A stretch of DNA of 51,067 nt, filler included, from Catajapyx aquilonaris (GCA_000934665.2; 3 parts of 3 records of this genome joined end to end with filler, not necessarily neighbours in it); one strand, 5' to 3'; counted from the whole stretch's first letter, positions 11,334-23,910 are shown. The notes: generated by a model not told the origin, from the letters alone. Numbers and translations are program-made.

Positions 11334-11556
11334 TGAAGACCTTGGGGGAAGACGATCAAGGTCCAAAAATGAGTTACATATCTCAGAAGATAGTTTCACT
11401 AGCGTAGAATATGATGATTTGGTAGTGGTTGTGGAGTAATGATCATAGGTCACTATGGAAGGCCCCAAAAGTGCTGATTTGCAATAGAACCTTGAAATGG
11501 CAATATCTCAGTTTCACATGACGTGGACCTTGATCGTTCTTCCCCTGAGGTCTTCA
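11334..11556. mobile_element. Small MITE
   Basis: tgaagaccttgggggaagacgatcaaggtcca / tggaccttgatcgttcttcccctgaggtcttca. Confidence 0.65.
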
Positions 11557-11634
11557 AATACAGGCTACATAAGAGTGAAGCAATGTTTTATACTGTTGTG
11601 GCATTTTCCTTGTCCTTATTACTGACCTAGTAAC

Positions 11635-12118
11635 TACACTGTACTCCCAATTATCTGGGTACCGATTATCCGTGCACCCCCAAAAAATAAAAATTTTAAG
11701 GAAAGTCTGAAAAAACAGGTCGAATTTTCATCCCACTGCTAGATGCTGGTATCTTCGCAGTACCAGTGCAAATTACGTTAGCAGTAACTAGCAGTGGGAC
11801 GAAAATTTGACCTACTGTCAATATGTCTCGCCAACGAAGGAATATAACAGACTCTTTCTAGAAGACAAAGTAAAAAATCTATGATAAGTTTTATTTTTTT
11901 GATTCAACCAAGCAGCAGACAGTACTTGGCAACAATAAATATAAATAAAAAATTTGCCGCAAGTCGCGCCGTTTGCCGCGCGACATTTTTTTGTGAAATG
12001 GCCTTAAGATATTAAAAACCTGTGAAGAGCTCATTTTTATGGTGTCTATAGGACAATTATCCAATTATCCGGCGACACCTGTGCAGTCATTAGCCCATAA
12101 AATCGGGAGTACAGTGTA
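11635..12118. mobile_element. Tigger/pogo-like MITE containing an internal ~95-bp palindrome
   Basis: tacactgtactccc...gggagtacagtgta termini; palindrome at 11717-11813. Confidence 0.6.
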
Positions 12119-12217
12119 TTCAAGGGCTACAGAGGCATAATAATTTCATTTGCTGTGGCTTTTCCATGTCAGAAAAAAGCATATTAGTACCGGAAAATCC
12201 GAGGGAAAATCGCAGAG

Positions 12218-12296
12218 GGTTGGTGCGTTATGATGCATGTTGGTGCATTATGATGCATGTTGGTGCATTATGATGCATGTTGGTGCATTATGATGA
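12218..12296. repeat. 20-bp minisatellite, about 4 units
   Basis: (gttggtgcattatgatgcat)n; the core ttggtgcRttatg also occurs singly near 10756, 12468 and 12644. Confidence 0.9.
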
Positions 12297-12669
12297 CACT
12301 TTCCACAATACTGTCGCTAAGAATGACAATTGCCCTAAACCTTTGGCATCATTGTATTACTCACACTCTCCTCTTCCCTATGCACTTTAGCTTCAAAAGC
12401 AGGGCTCTCAGAATTCGCAGAGTTTTATGCCTGTGTATGAGACCCCAGAAAAGCACGTCCTGCAATGGTTGGTGCGTTATGAAAGTTCTGGTAATTTTCC
12501 AGACGTGGGTGGCCAATGAAAGCTCTCCATGGGATCTTCCCTCTGAATATTCATGCGCTGCACACGATGGTGGTAACAGTTGTTCGATTAGGACAAATAT
12601 ACACCCACAGTGGCGGCACAAGCCCTAAAAACGGTGTGCGATTGTTGGTGCGTTATGCGCAGAATTGCC

Positions 12670-12728
<59 letters not shown>

Positions 12729-13062
12729 GGAGCGCCTCAAAATTTGAGCCCTTAGTGAGTGTTTTCTTTGCTGCGACCCAAACTGGTGTAGACATCCAGG
12801 TCTGACCAAGATGGGGACCTTGTACGTGCTCTCATCCCTTCAACGTCAATAACAAGATGCCAGCAGGACTTTTTATACTGCGTCTGCCTCTCCCAAAATG
12901 AGAAAAATAATTATATACCATCCGAATTGTGTTAAATATGAATTGAGCTGTAATATTTAAAATTTTACACATTGGTTTTTATGGTTTGGTCACTAGATAT
13001 GAAGTAAGTCTTCTTTTCCTACACCTTATATGGCAAACTTCCGTTTTCTTTTTCCCATTTAG

Positions 13063-13229
13063 GCACCTGGTTGCTGTTCTGGCCATGTGCATGGAGCATA
13101 GGAGTAGCCACCTCAGCTGGTCATTGGCCAGATCCTTACCTTCTGTCCCTGTTTGGAATTGGAGCATTCCTAATGAGGGGAGCTGGATGTACCATCAACG
13201 ACATGTGGGATAGGTCATATGACCAGCAA
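13063..13229 (+). CDS. COQ2: COQ2 coding exon 2
   Basis: cccatttag|[14 protein letters not shown]...[19 protein letters not shown] contains the UbiA-family NDxxDxxxD motif; CAA|gtgagg. Confidence 0.95.
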
Positions 13230-13778
13230 GTGAGGCCCATTAATGGTATCCCTCATTGGTAGACCCATGAGGAGTGCCTTCTTGAAATCAGACTTGGATT
13301 ATTTCAATATGACTGTATATTAAGGCGATATAGGGCAAGACCATACCTATGGCAAGTCCGTATCACACGGACATCTTGCTGCCAACCATCAAGTTAGCAC
13401 AACCTGTTGTATCAGATCTTCATGCAGTAGTTGCTGCAAGAAAGGCACAGTTTGAATTTGTTACTCCAGTGAGAGGAGACATGGGAACTTGCAAAATTTT
13501 TGTTGAGTTTGTATGTCAGGGTCATGTTTTATTTTCTGTAACTTTTTTTGTTATGTATGGAAAAATTACTCCAATAGAAGTACGAAGGAAAAGACCTGGC
13601 AGTTGTGCTTTCTACCCACGAATGGACCCCAGCTGCCATTGGCTGTAACCTTCATGGGGTATGGTCTTGTCCTGGGATGTAAGTGTCCTGTGGAAGACAT
13701 GTTTAGATTTAGTATCGTATCACTCCGATATACACCAAGAACTCCTACTTTTATCTTAGTAATGATCATCATATGATC

Positions 13779-13840
<62 letters not shown>

Positions 13841-14096
13841 GATACCCCGTGATAAGCCTCCTTGGGCTTTTTAGGGGATCATCTTTTCAATTAGCCAACT
13901 TTAATGATTGCCTTTGCTGTGATGGATTTTGATTGCGGGAGGAAACGGGAGAACCCCGAGAAAACCCACGCGAACACTGAGAGAACCCATCGAAACTCTA
14001 TCCACATAAGTATCCTCCGTCCGACCTGGGGATCGAACTTGGCACCTTAGAGGTGGAAGGCTGCGGTGCTAACCACTCTGCCACCGTGTCGCCCCT
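13779..14096 (-). mobile_element. tRNA-derived SINE with V/Meta-like central domain and (ATT)n tail
   Basis: ggggcgacacggtggcagagtgg...gttcgatccc; gtgggttttctcggggttctcccgtttcctccc; TSD tcatatgatc at 13769-13778 and 14097-14106. Confidence 0.88.
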
Positions 14097-15062
14097 TCAT
14101 ATGATCATATCCCCATAGTTACAATGTAGTCAAATATTCCCATTTTGCATGACATAACTTAATGGAATGGGCCTTCTCATACCCACAGGAAAAATAGAAG
14201 TTCATAACTGTCACCACTCTTGATCCGTTTTGATGAAACTTGAAGTGGCACGAAGAGGAAGAATTGGTGGTGGATTGAATTTTTCCCAAGTTTTGCTTCA
14301 GGGTCAACTGGGAGAGAAAAAAAGTCACAATGTGGACTTCCCCCAGTGTGCTTGGAGAAGTGCATTTGATTACATCACTGTATACATGAAGTGTATGTGA
14401 TATATATACAAATGTGTGTATTTGTAAAATAGAAGGGGACATAAATGCCTCATTGACACACACATAACTAAAGTGACCCTCATACTTGTAACACCCTGTA
14501 TAGTGTTTCCCATGGATTACCTCTTTGGAAAACACACTCTTAGGACAGGATGGCTCAGGTTATGGGAGATGATGGTAGAATGATGACTTAGACCCCAGCA
14601 CTAGAACCTCTCTTTGCTCTCTGGTTCTAACTGCCATTGCCAAAAGATAGCCTCCAAATATGCCCCTTGCATCTAAGAAGTTACTATCAGCAAGGAAATT
14701 GTCAGGGCACGTGTCAATGGTCAGCCTACCCCCAAGTGTCTGGACCATTTCCGTGCCGATACTACCTTTTCCTTTTATGCTGGTCACACACCAAGAGGAA
14801 GTGGTCTTTCACCTGTCAATGAACTACCCACCCGATACCATTAACCACAGTCTCTGTTCCACCACCATCTGCTGAACAAAGTGACCCTTCTATTCCCAGC
14901 AGGAAAAAAATGTTTGACCCTACTAATATTCAGAAACACCTGTAAACATGGAATATGTTTACAGGTGTTTCTGAATATGACATTTAAAAATTTAAGCAGT
15001 GCTAAAGTTGAATTATTGACACGCAGCTTATGTTTATTTACACAATTTCTCATTATTGTCAG

Positions 15063-15210
15063 GTAGAGAGAACCCGTGCCAGGCCTTTAGCATGTGGTCA
15101 AGTGAGCATGCAACAAGCATCTGCCTTTCTTGTGGGTCAACTTGGGCTCTCTCTGGGTGTTCTTCTTCAACTCAACTGGTACAGTGTGGTCCTGGGAGCA
15201 AGCTCCTTAG
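15063..15210 (+). CDS. COQ2: COQ2 coding exon 3; the gene continues beyond the scaffold end
   Basis: attgtcag|[15 protein letters not shown]...[17 protein letters not shown]|gtaatc. Confidence 0.93.
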
Positions 15211-15665
15211 GTAATCAAGGCTGGTCTATGTCTAATTTGGAAAAGTAGTTGTCAGTCATGATCTTAGCTGCACCTTGCAGTAATACACATGCTCACATGC
15301 AATTTCCTCCTGATGATGTTTGTGGCCTTGCAGGCAGCCATGCCGGTGGTGTTTTTATTACTATTATTATTAGAATAGTATTCTAATAGCAGATTAAGTT
15401 ACAGCCCTGGGCAAATGTGTAGAAATATCCTGCAGTTAAGGCATGAATAAATATTAAGGCGGGATTCACACTGACAATGAACATGATTTATTGACGTTGC
15501 ATTGAAGTAATTGCATGACCAATGAACCAATATGAATTAAATGTATATCCCTTAATTTTTGTATCCATGTGAAAAGTTTTTAGCCAACAGATAGGGTAAG
15601 TGTGGCTGGATTTTGATTAGGTGCAGTTTAAAGGCATGCTGGGTGGTTCCATTTCAAATCAGGCG

Positions 15666-17026
15666 GAGGCTGTCAGGGCTTGGTCTCCGATTATGACGGA
15701 AAAATTACACGAAGTACCGCTGTCGAAATGATGACGAATGACACTGGCTATTTTTCAGTGTCATTTTTTATTTGCCCTGCAAAAAATCATAACCGCAGGG
15801 GTACCAAATCTGCTATTTCTCGAAGTTAATTTTTTCTCAACTTTGGACGCGTGTAGCAATTTTTCTATACGTTACAGAAAAACCAAATTTGGAATGGAGC
15901 AACTACCTACCTAGGTCTGAATTTTCGATATAAAATAATTGCAAATGTATAATTAGCAACTGCGCAAAAAATTGGCAAAAATGCTGTTTTACGACATTTT
16001 AGCAGTTTTCGCGAATTTTTTTCTTTGCAAAAAAATATTTGTGGGCAAATGAAGCATGTGGACTTTGAGTCCTCTCTACTTATCAGCTTTGTTAAGCTTT
16101 GAAGTCAAAGGTTAACAGTGGACCCATTGTTGAACATTGTCAACTTCGCAAAACATGGTTTGGAAGAAAATAATTTTCTCAAAAACACCACCGGATAATT
16201 GAACGCCTATTTATTTCTGGGCAGAGGAACATCTGAGCCACACACCAGTGCAAAAATTTCTCTCCCCCCGAGGCTTATGATCCCGATTTGAATTTTATTA
16301 CTTTCTCGTTTCCGGCGCTCTCCATGGAGCCCACAGACCCAGTCCCACGACTCATAGCATCATGTATACCGTATACGGTACATTTGATTAGAACTTCTCT
16401 CGTGTGTGTAGGCTACATGTGATTGTATGATACCTTGAAACTTATATCTGATACTGGTTAATGCTATGTGAGGTCCGGTGAGGTCAAATCAGGCATAGAG
16501 GTATTTCAAAGTCTTACTCACATTTTTCCAGAAGTCACACCAAATGTTGCGCTGTTCTTTGCACAGTAACCTGGCCACGTTTCACAGTGACCAACTCTGA
16601 CCTGTTCCATCTCTGCCTCTGTCCATGACCGACGGAGGAATGTTGGAACCTGGAATGTGTTGAGTGTCCAGGGACTGAAGGACTATCTACAGAAAGCTTG
16701 TTCCTGACAGACTATGACGACGAAGAAGTGTCATTTGCAGTGAGAGTTGCATAAGAGAACATCATCAGTTGCTTCTTTTGTAGACAATGAACTTGTCCAC
16801 TGGACTACGAAAAGAATAACTCACGAACATGTACGAACGATTCAGCGAGAGGCTGTGCAGAAGTTGAATAGGCAGTGCCAAGATAGTGACTCGCACCTAG
16901 TGTTACATTGCGATTTTGCTGAAAATTGGACTGTAATACTTCCCGACGAAATTCAGAGCTACCACTGGGCGAAGACGCAGATCACTGTGTTCACCTGCGT
17001 GGCATACTTGGGTGACAACGTTATGA
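15666..17026 (+). mobile_element. Decayed DNA transposon, probably Sola2-like, cut by the scaffold end
   Basis: 16747-17026 reads HCDFAENWTVILPDEIQSYHWAKTQITVF (DFxENY...QSxHW..Q.T motif); the left boundary at GAGGCTGTC is tentative. Confidence 0.65.
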
Positions 17027-17126
17027 NNNNNNNNNNNNNNNNNNNNNNNNNNNNNNNNNNNNNNNNNNNNTTAATTAATTAANNNNNNNNNNNNNNNNNN
17101 NNNNNNNNNNNNNNNNNNNNNNNNNN
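17027..17126. other. Artificial scaffold spacer with six-frame stop linker
   Basis: 44 N + TTAATTAATTAA + 44 N. Confidence 0.97.
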
Positions 17127-17557
17127 GGTTGTCACTTTCACATATTCATACCTGGACTACAATTGACCAGCCCTGTAATTTTGGGTCCGATCGGTGACAT
17201 GTTGGTGCGGATCATTCCCTTGTTAGTCTAGATATCATAGGGACATACTATAGATGGAATCAAGCTCAACCAGTAGTTAAGTGAGGAGGTGAGCCTTTTT
17301 GGTTATGCGATTCATACATCCTGTTTAAGCAGACTCGCAGAGTTCCCATATTTTCTTGTGTTTAGTAAAATATAAGCATATTGTGTAGGCTTGGAACAAG
17401 TTGTGACATAACTTAGGCTGCAATGGGTGCACTGCATGTTCTGGATTTACCATCTAACATTCAGCCAGCCCTTAGATCAAATATAAGCAAGATAGCTTCA
17501 CAGCACTTAATAATGCAGCAATTTGGTGTGGGAGTTGAATCTGTAGGCCAAGTTTTT

Positions 17558-17855
17558 GGAGGCAGAGTGGCTCTGTGGTAATGTACACAACCACATGTAT
17601 TGAAGGGTCCTGGGTTTGATCCCAATCCCGCCCTTACTCCCCTTTATCTTATGCAGAGTTGAATCGTCTCTGACTTCATCTTTGTTGGAATCCCCGCTGG
17701 ACTAATCCATCCAGGGGCACTCACAAAATGACAGAGCAGTGACATTACACTTGCACCTTGCACCTCCCCTCCCAGTCACTCTGCCTGCAGACCTGGGCAT
17801 TTTGCAAAAAGGAATGTACTGTACACGACACATTATTATTATTATTATTATTTAT
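17558..17855 (+). mobile_element. Diverged tRNA-derived SINE
   Basis: ggaggcagagtggctctgtgg...gggtttgatccc head, gacattacacttgcac module, (ATT)n tail. Confidence 0.65.
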
Positions 17856-17959
17856 TATTGTTAGGTCATGTGGCTGTGGTAAAGGTTAGAAGTGTAGCAC
17901 AGCTGCCATACTGGAAGTTGGACATCGATGATGAATAATTTTTTGCTTCTGTGTAGCTA

Positions 17960-18615
17960 CAGGTTGAGAATTTACCCGAAATGCTTGGAACCAGAAGTGC
18001 TTTGGATTTCAGATTTTTCTGGATTTCGGCATTTGGCTTTTTTGTATGTTTGCATCTAGAATGTGGGACAGCTTTGGGATGAGACCTAAGCCTAAACATG
18101 ATATTCATTTACATTTTATAATAATAATAATATCTTACCCCGTTATCAGCCTTTTTCGGCTCTTTAGGGGGGATTTTTGGTTTGTCTGGAACTCTTGTGT
18201 ACATTTTTACTTTGCTTTTTGGGATAGGATAGGGAAGGAAGGAGGCGGCTGTGGCCTATTAATTTAGGAAACAACTCCGGAATTCTCCTGGAGGGACCGT
18301 GGGAAACCACAGAAAACCACGGTTAGAGTTGCCGGCCCCGGGGCTCGAACCCAGGACCTCCCGATTAGCAGTCGGACCCTATAGCCACTCCACCAAACTG
18401 CTTCGATACATTTTATAATAAAGGTTATACATAAGCCCTGAAGGTATGTGTATAAATTTTTAATAATTTTGCATACTTACAGAAAGTAGTGGCTCTTTTC
18501 ATGTTACACTAACATGGAATTTTCCATTTGTGGCATGTCATGCCAGCATTCAAAAAACTTTCGAATTTTAATGGTTTTTGGTTTTTGGAATTTTGGATAA
18601 AGGATTCTCAACCTG
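17960..18615. mobile_element. Tigger-family non-autonomous element (Tigger4/MER46-like), interrupted by a SINE
   Basis: TA|CAGGTTGAGAAT...ATTCTCAACCTG|TA; subterminal ggattt repeats. Confidence 0.8.
18125..18406 (-). mobile_element. tRNA-derived SINE
   Basis: Head related to the 7730 copy; 15-bp TSD tacattttataataa at 18110-18124 and 18407-18421. Confidence 0.88.
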
Positions 18616-19224
18616 TATGAGGATATAAATTTTGGAAATGAATGACAGAATCAGCACTGAAAAAAACAAGGAAAAACTGGCAGTGGGTGCCCAGGTAGCA
18701 TAAAAACCAACTCATCCTCTTCCTGTGTGAGGAACAGTGCCAGCTTGGGCAGCTCATTCTTAGCAGAGTAGGTGATAATACTTCAAGCACTGTTAGAAAC
18801 TGGCACCCCCCAGGTGACCTTGTATGAATTAATATCCCTGTGTGATCTGCTCCTGCAACATTTTGCCCTTATGTTGCCGTGCTGCCTCTTTTTGCATCTA
18901 GCCTTAGAGATGTAGCTATGAAAGCATTATTGGCATTTTAATGGCACACTTTTCCAATTGCAGGTAGCATTCCGTACAAAGATGGAAGTGCTCCAGGTGA
19001 ATGCAGCGATTTGATATTTGTGGATGATATAACAGTGGAAGAGCACAAATGGCAGTCTGAGGAGTTGATGGAAGAGGCAGGAAGTGTGCAGGGCCCTCTC
19101 AGTTGAGTAAGGATAATCACCAGAAAGGTCATTAAATAATACTGCTTGCATTCCAGCCTTAATTAAATGCACAAGGTGGAGAAAAGGGAATCTAGTGATT
19201 AGTCACTGGCCAGCAAAGTGGAAA

Positions 19225-20273
19225 GTACACTACCCTGCATTAATGGCTATGCACAGACATCGCCACCTGGCGGAAATAAGTGGTGGCGTCTGCCTCCAAA
19301 ATCCTTGGAGCTCAAGACTGCTCACGAGACCGCTTAACACATCGTGGTGGATTCAAACTCTTGCTACAAAGATGGATCATAGATATAATTATCATATGCG
19401 TTGGCCTGGTATAACCTGGTCACCGCTGGCTACCCCTTTATGGGAATGAAGCCATGATGCAATGTATGTATACGTATGTATGTATCTATGGGATGGATTA
19501 TAAAACCATTGCGATTCCTCTCAATGCACTGAAGTTGTGAACCAGTTATTACACAGACCACGAGAATGCTTATTAGTAATGTTATTGTCTCTTGTTAACG
19601 TGCTGCTGTATAGGGGGCTTTTGGGAGTGCGCGTAAACAGCATCCCTCTTCGCATATCATTTCACTGTTAAATTCAGGAGTTTTAAATGCACTGTAGTAA
19701 AACGAAGCAAGTCATATAGGATGGTGCAAAAGATTGGGTATAGGCGACAACTGTCATTCGAGAGACTCCCGTATGACTCGGACTAATGATTGGCAAGGGA
19801 TGACATTTCTTTGTCAAGCCCATAGCAGATACTACCCCTTCCTTGTAGATAACTTCTGAATTAAAAAGTGAAATGATGAGAGAAGAGTGATGATGCGTAC
19901 ACGCTCTCCAAAAAGTCCCCTAGATACAACCGCACATTAACATGAAATAACAATATGCGTCGTCCGTGTAATAACTGGTTCACAATTTCAGTGCATTGAT
20001 AGGAATCGCAATGGAGAATCCATTCCACAGATCCATGGGTGGAATTTTCGTCCCACAGCTAGCTATTGCTAACTTAGCAGTAGCATTGCCAACACTGGTA
20101 CTGCTAAGTTAGCAGTAACTAGCAGTGGGAGGAAAATTCCACCCCCTCTTTGCAGCAAGCGTTTGAATCCACTGCGAGAGATGAACTGGCTAAGTATTTT
20201 GGACGCAGTCGCCACTGCTTATTTCCGCTAGGTGGCGATGTCTGTGTATAGCCATTAATGCAGGGTACTGTAC
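19225..20273. mobile_element. MITE with ~55-bp TIRs and an internal palindrome (20037-20144)
   Basis: taccctgcattaatggctatgcacagacatcgccacc / ggtggcgatgtctgtgtatagccattaatgcagggta. Confidence 0.75.
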
Positions 20274-20583
20274 ATAGTTCAAATCCATTCACCACTATGT
20301 TCTCCTGTTGAGTATTTTTATTTTTTCTCTGAAAGTGTCTGGTGAGACTTGCACTCCCTTCTTTGCCAGGGCCAAGGGGAATTATCTGGTGATTTGAGAT
20401 GGTTCAAAATGGCTCATATCATGGGCATGAAAGAGAAAAACCCAAAGTCAAAATTGGGAGGTGTTGAGTTGTTTATACTGTTTTATAGCAGTTTTTATAT
20501 TCTATAGCCTGGTGAAGTCCATTAAGTCCTAAGACTCATAAGGAGCCATGAGGCAAGGATTTTCTGCTTTCACCTGCATATGA

Positions 20584-22705
20584 TTGATTGATTGATTGAT
20601 TTGATTGATTTATTTGTTCCCTTGGGTTAGTTTACCCTTTGGGAGGACTTCCTCTATATACATGTACACTTATATAACAAAGAACATTAACTCCTATATA
20701 ATGACATAGTGTTCAACTAGGAACTTACAAATGTGCTTGCGCTTACAACAATTAGATACATGTTTTTTGGAGGACATACATTCGTAGCTAGGTTCCTTAC
20801 TTTTAATCCATTGTGTCACTCAAGTACAATATCTGAAAAGCGCAAATGCCTTGTGGTTCGCCTAAAATAGTCAAAAAGACCCGACAACACTTGTTCATGG
20901 GGGGTAATAAAAAATAGATACGGGGAGTCTTTCGGGGGGGGGAGCAAATCTCTCCAGACAAATCATACGTGTAGGCGTAAAAAATGAACATTCAAATAGA
21001 AAATGGTACTGTGAGAAGAGTTCATCCTGGTTACATAATGTACATGTTGTGTCCGACCAAGTGTACTTGTATCCCTCAAACCACAACGAGTGTGGGTTCA
21101 ACCTCAAGCCAGCCCAAAACTGGGAGTATTTCAGGGTCAGGGGCAGTCCTATATAACTCTGGCCTAGATATGAAGGGTGCATCTGTTCATAATATTTATG
21201 TAAACGGGAACTTGCAAGAAAACCTTCGTCTATTCTTATTGTGTTCTGTATAAAATTGAATACCAGTTGGTTATAATGGTCTGCACCCTGGCCCAACTGA
21301 CCCCACCCTTCCCACGATATACCCATTGGCCAAAAAAATTTCTTTTCCACCAGGCTCCTCCAACCCCAATCTAGTTTCTGGTCACTTGATGTACTTAGAT
21401 TAAATGCTAAGCGTACCAGTCTGTCATTCGGTAATGCTTGGATTCTCAAAATAAAACGCAATAGACTCTTTGCTGCACCTACCGCTATAGGGCGCCTTCC
21501 CGTTTCCAATCTAATAAGATAGGAAGGGGTAGAAAACGGGAGGCCTAGTAGTCTCTTTATAAAGTAAAGTTGAATTTTCTCAATTTCATGTAAATAGTCT
21601 AGAGCCCAAATGGGCGCGCCGTAAAGAATAATTGGAACCACTTGCGCAGCAAAAAGCCTAAGCGCTAGCGCCACTGATTTTATTTTGAGTTTTTTTATTA
21701 ACCTTATTGCTGCGTCTGCCGCTGCTTTTGCTTTGGGTAGATACTTTGATAAGTTTCGACGGAATTTCCCCGAAGCTGAAAACCAGATGCCCAAATATTT
21801 ATACTCTGAGACTAACGCAATGCCGGAAGCCCGTAAACACCTTTCATCTGCTACTGCTACTCTCCCCCCTTTTCTGAAAATCATCAATTTGGATTTGGAT
21901 ATGTTCAACGACAAACCTTTTGATGCAATGTATTCCATAAATGTCTCGACCAGCCTTTGTATAAATAGTCTATTGTCTGATAAGACCACGACATCGTCAG
22001 CAAATTGCAAGAACTGTATCTCTTTTGTATTGGGTGATAACATAACACCTGGCATTTCCCGTTCCTTCGTCCAGTCTGCCAAGTCCGACAAATACAAATT
22101 AAACAAAAACGGCGACAAAGGCTCTCCCTGTAATATGCCTCGCTTTATTGGAATTGGGGGGATGTTGTGTTCGCTGCTTTTAACACGGGCCGTAGAATAT
22201 ATATTTTGTATTACCGCAACCATATTTTTTGAGGGGATTCGACGTGTGATCATTGCAAACATTAGATCGTGTGGAATGGAATCGAAAGCTTTGGCTAAAT
22301 CCAAAAATACTGCGTATAACTTGCCTCCAGGTTTAATTAGTTTTTTGTCTATCAAGGCTTTTAAAATAAAGGCCTGGTCAAGGCAATTATAGCCCGGCCT
22401 AAACCCCGCCTGCTCCTCTGGGATTATACCCTCCTCCTCGCTCCATTTCGCCAACCTCTTTAGTATCATAGACGTAAGTATTTTTAAAGCATTATTGATC
22501 AACGAAATGGGACGATAGTTGGACGGGATATCCGCACCACCCTTGAAAATAGCTATCGTTTTTACCTCCGTCCACGCCTCTGGTACAACCATGCGTTCCA
22601 TAATCCTATTGTAGATCTGTAACAGTTTCTGGTGCATAACTGCGGATCCTATTTTGTATAGCCCATTTGGAATGTTATCACATCCTGGCGCGGATTTGGC
22701 CTTCA
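20584..22705 (-). mobile_element. 5'-truncated non-LTR retrotransposon (LINE; RTEX-like clade tentative)
   Basis: 14-bp TSD tcacctgcatatga at 20570-20583 and 22706-22719; (TCAA)n 3' tail; uninterrupted RT ORF. Confidence 0.95.
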
Positions 22706-22715
22706 TCACCTGCAT
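20895..22715 (-). CDS. LINE ORF2 fragment: reverse transcriptase plus C-terminal Cys/His motif, no endonuclease
   Basis: KSAPGCD, NYRPISL, QAGFR, FLDLAKAFDS, GILQGEPLSP, FADD, YKYLG, CTLC...H...C; the annotated ATG lies in the TSD. Confidence 0.93.
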   Translation of the reverse strand: MQVMKAKSAPGCDNIPNGLYKIGSAVMHQKLLQIYNRIMERMVVPEAWTEVKTIAIFKGGADIPSNYRPISLINNALKILTSMILKRLAKWSEEEGIIPEEQAGFRPGYNCLDQAFILKALIDKKLIKPGGKLYAVFLDLAKAFDSIPHDLMFAMITRRIPSKNMVAVIQNIYSTARVKSSEHNIPPIPIKRGILQGEPLSPFLFNLYLSDLADWTKEREMPGVMLSPNTKEIQFLQFADDVVVLSDNRLFIQRLVETFMEYIASKGLSLNISKSKLMIFRKGGRVAVADERCLRASGIALVSEYKYLGIWFSASGKFRRNLSKYLPKAKAAADAAIRLIKKLKIKSVALALRLFAAQVVPIILYGAPIWALDYLHEIEKIQLYFIKRLLGLPFSTPSYLIRLETGRRPIAVGAAKSLLRFILRIQALPNDRLVRLAFNLSTSSDQKLDWGWRSLVEKKFFWPMGISWEGWGQLGQGADHYNQLVFNFIQNTIRIDEGFLASSRLHKYYEQMHPSYLGQSYIGLPLTLKYSQFWAGLRLNPHSLWFEGYKYTWSDTTCTLCNQDELFSQYHFLFECSFFTPTRMICLERFAPPPERLPVSIFYYPP

Positions 22716-22776
22716 ATGAGCAAATGCAAGATCAAATCTTTACCTTTGATTATCTTGAAATTGGTTTTTTTACAGT

Positions 22777-23348
22777 ATTACCTCTCATAAAGCACCATGC
22801 TGGTATAAAACGAGGTCGACCAGCATGCCAGTATAACCTGGGGGCGGCCGGCATGCCGCAATAACCGAGGTAGATTTCCATAATTTTGATCCGTGACAAT
22901 TTTTTTGGAATGCCTCTGGTACCGTACTAAAATAATGTTACAATGAAAATGGGCGAGTGTACAGGCTGTGAAAATGTGCAAGTTCTGTTGCACAGTGCAT
23001 ATAAAAAATGTAATGTGTGTGACCAATCCCCTCGTCAGCCTGCTTTGACAGGGGTACCCCCTGCTCCAACATACTGTTTAAATAGAGATTATTGCCAGAC
23101 ACTGCAATTGAAAACAATACAGCACAAGCAATTACTATATGATACAGGTACCCTATTCGGAAAATGTGCCTTTTCGATAGCCTTTACGTGACTTTTGATT
23201 TTCAGGTAAATGTCAAGTTCGGAAAGGATAATGAAACTTATGTGAAAACCTCACCATATACCGGCATGCCGGTATGGCCACCAGATCATGCATTTCTAAA
23301 AACTCGTCGACCTCGTCTACACCGGCATGCCGCTTTATGAGAGGTAAT
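22777..23348. mobile_element. MITE
   Basis: attacctctcataaagc...cgaggtcgac / gtcgacctcg...gctttatgagaggtaat. Confidence 0.7.
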
Positions 23349-23910
23349 TCGGTATTGTTTTGTGTTTTTCTTTTGTATGCCCACGATACAGGGTTTCACA
23401 AGGTAGTCCCCCCCAAAGAATGAACTAAAAAAAATTACATAACAACAACAAAAATAGTCATAATAATCCAGGTAGTGCTTTCACCACTCTTGGGTATATT
23501 GCATGGACCTTTATTGTTATCACTAAAGAACAGATTTAACCTAAAAATTCCTATTTTGGGCGTTGGGACCTAAATGGCCTATTTTCACCTATTTCCACCT
23601 GTTTGACGCTGTTTTGTAAGATTTTCGGGAGTTCTGCGGGTTTTCAGTCCAAGGAATCCCTCCTGCTTCAACCTGCGAAGTGCGAAGAAGCTGTAGGCAT
23701 GCCGGATGAACTGGCTGTATAAGACATTTCACTTTTCAAGTATGATCCAGTTCAGACGGCACAAGTTAGGGATGCTCGGCATATCTGGGTTAAACTTAAA
23801 CGGCCCCAAAGAAGTGGAAGGTCTTTCTCTTCTCTCACCACGGTGCCTCCTACAAAAGGCACTCTCCCAGCATGGCAACTTCACTGTGTGCTTTCAATTT
23901 GGGCTAAATA

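Noticed and set aside
12218..12296. CRISPR-like repeat
   Set aside because: Head-to-tail 20-mers with no spacers in a eukaryotic intron
21685..22392. 235-aa plus-strand ORF
   Set aside because: Antisense shadow of the LINE RT ORF; no independent motifs
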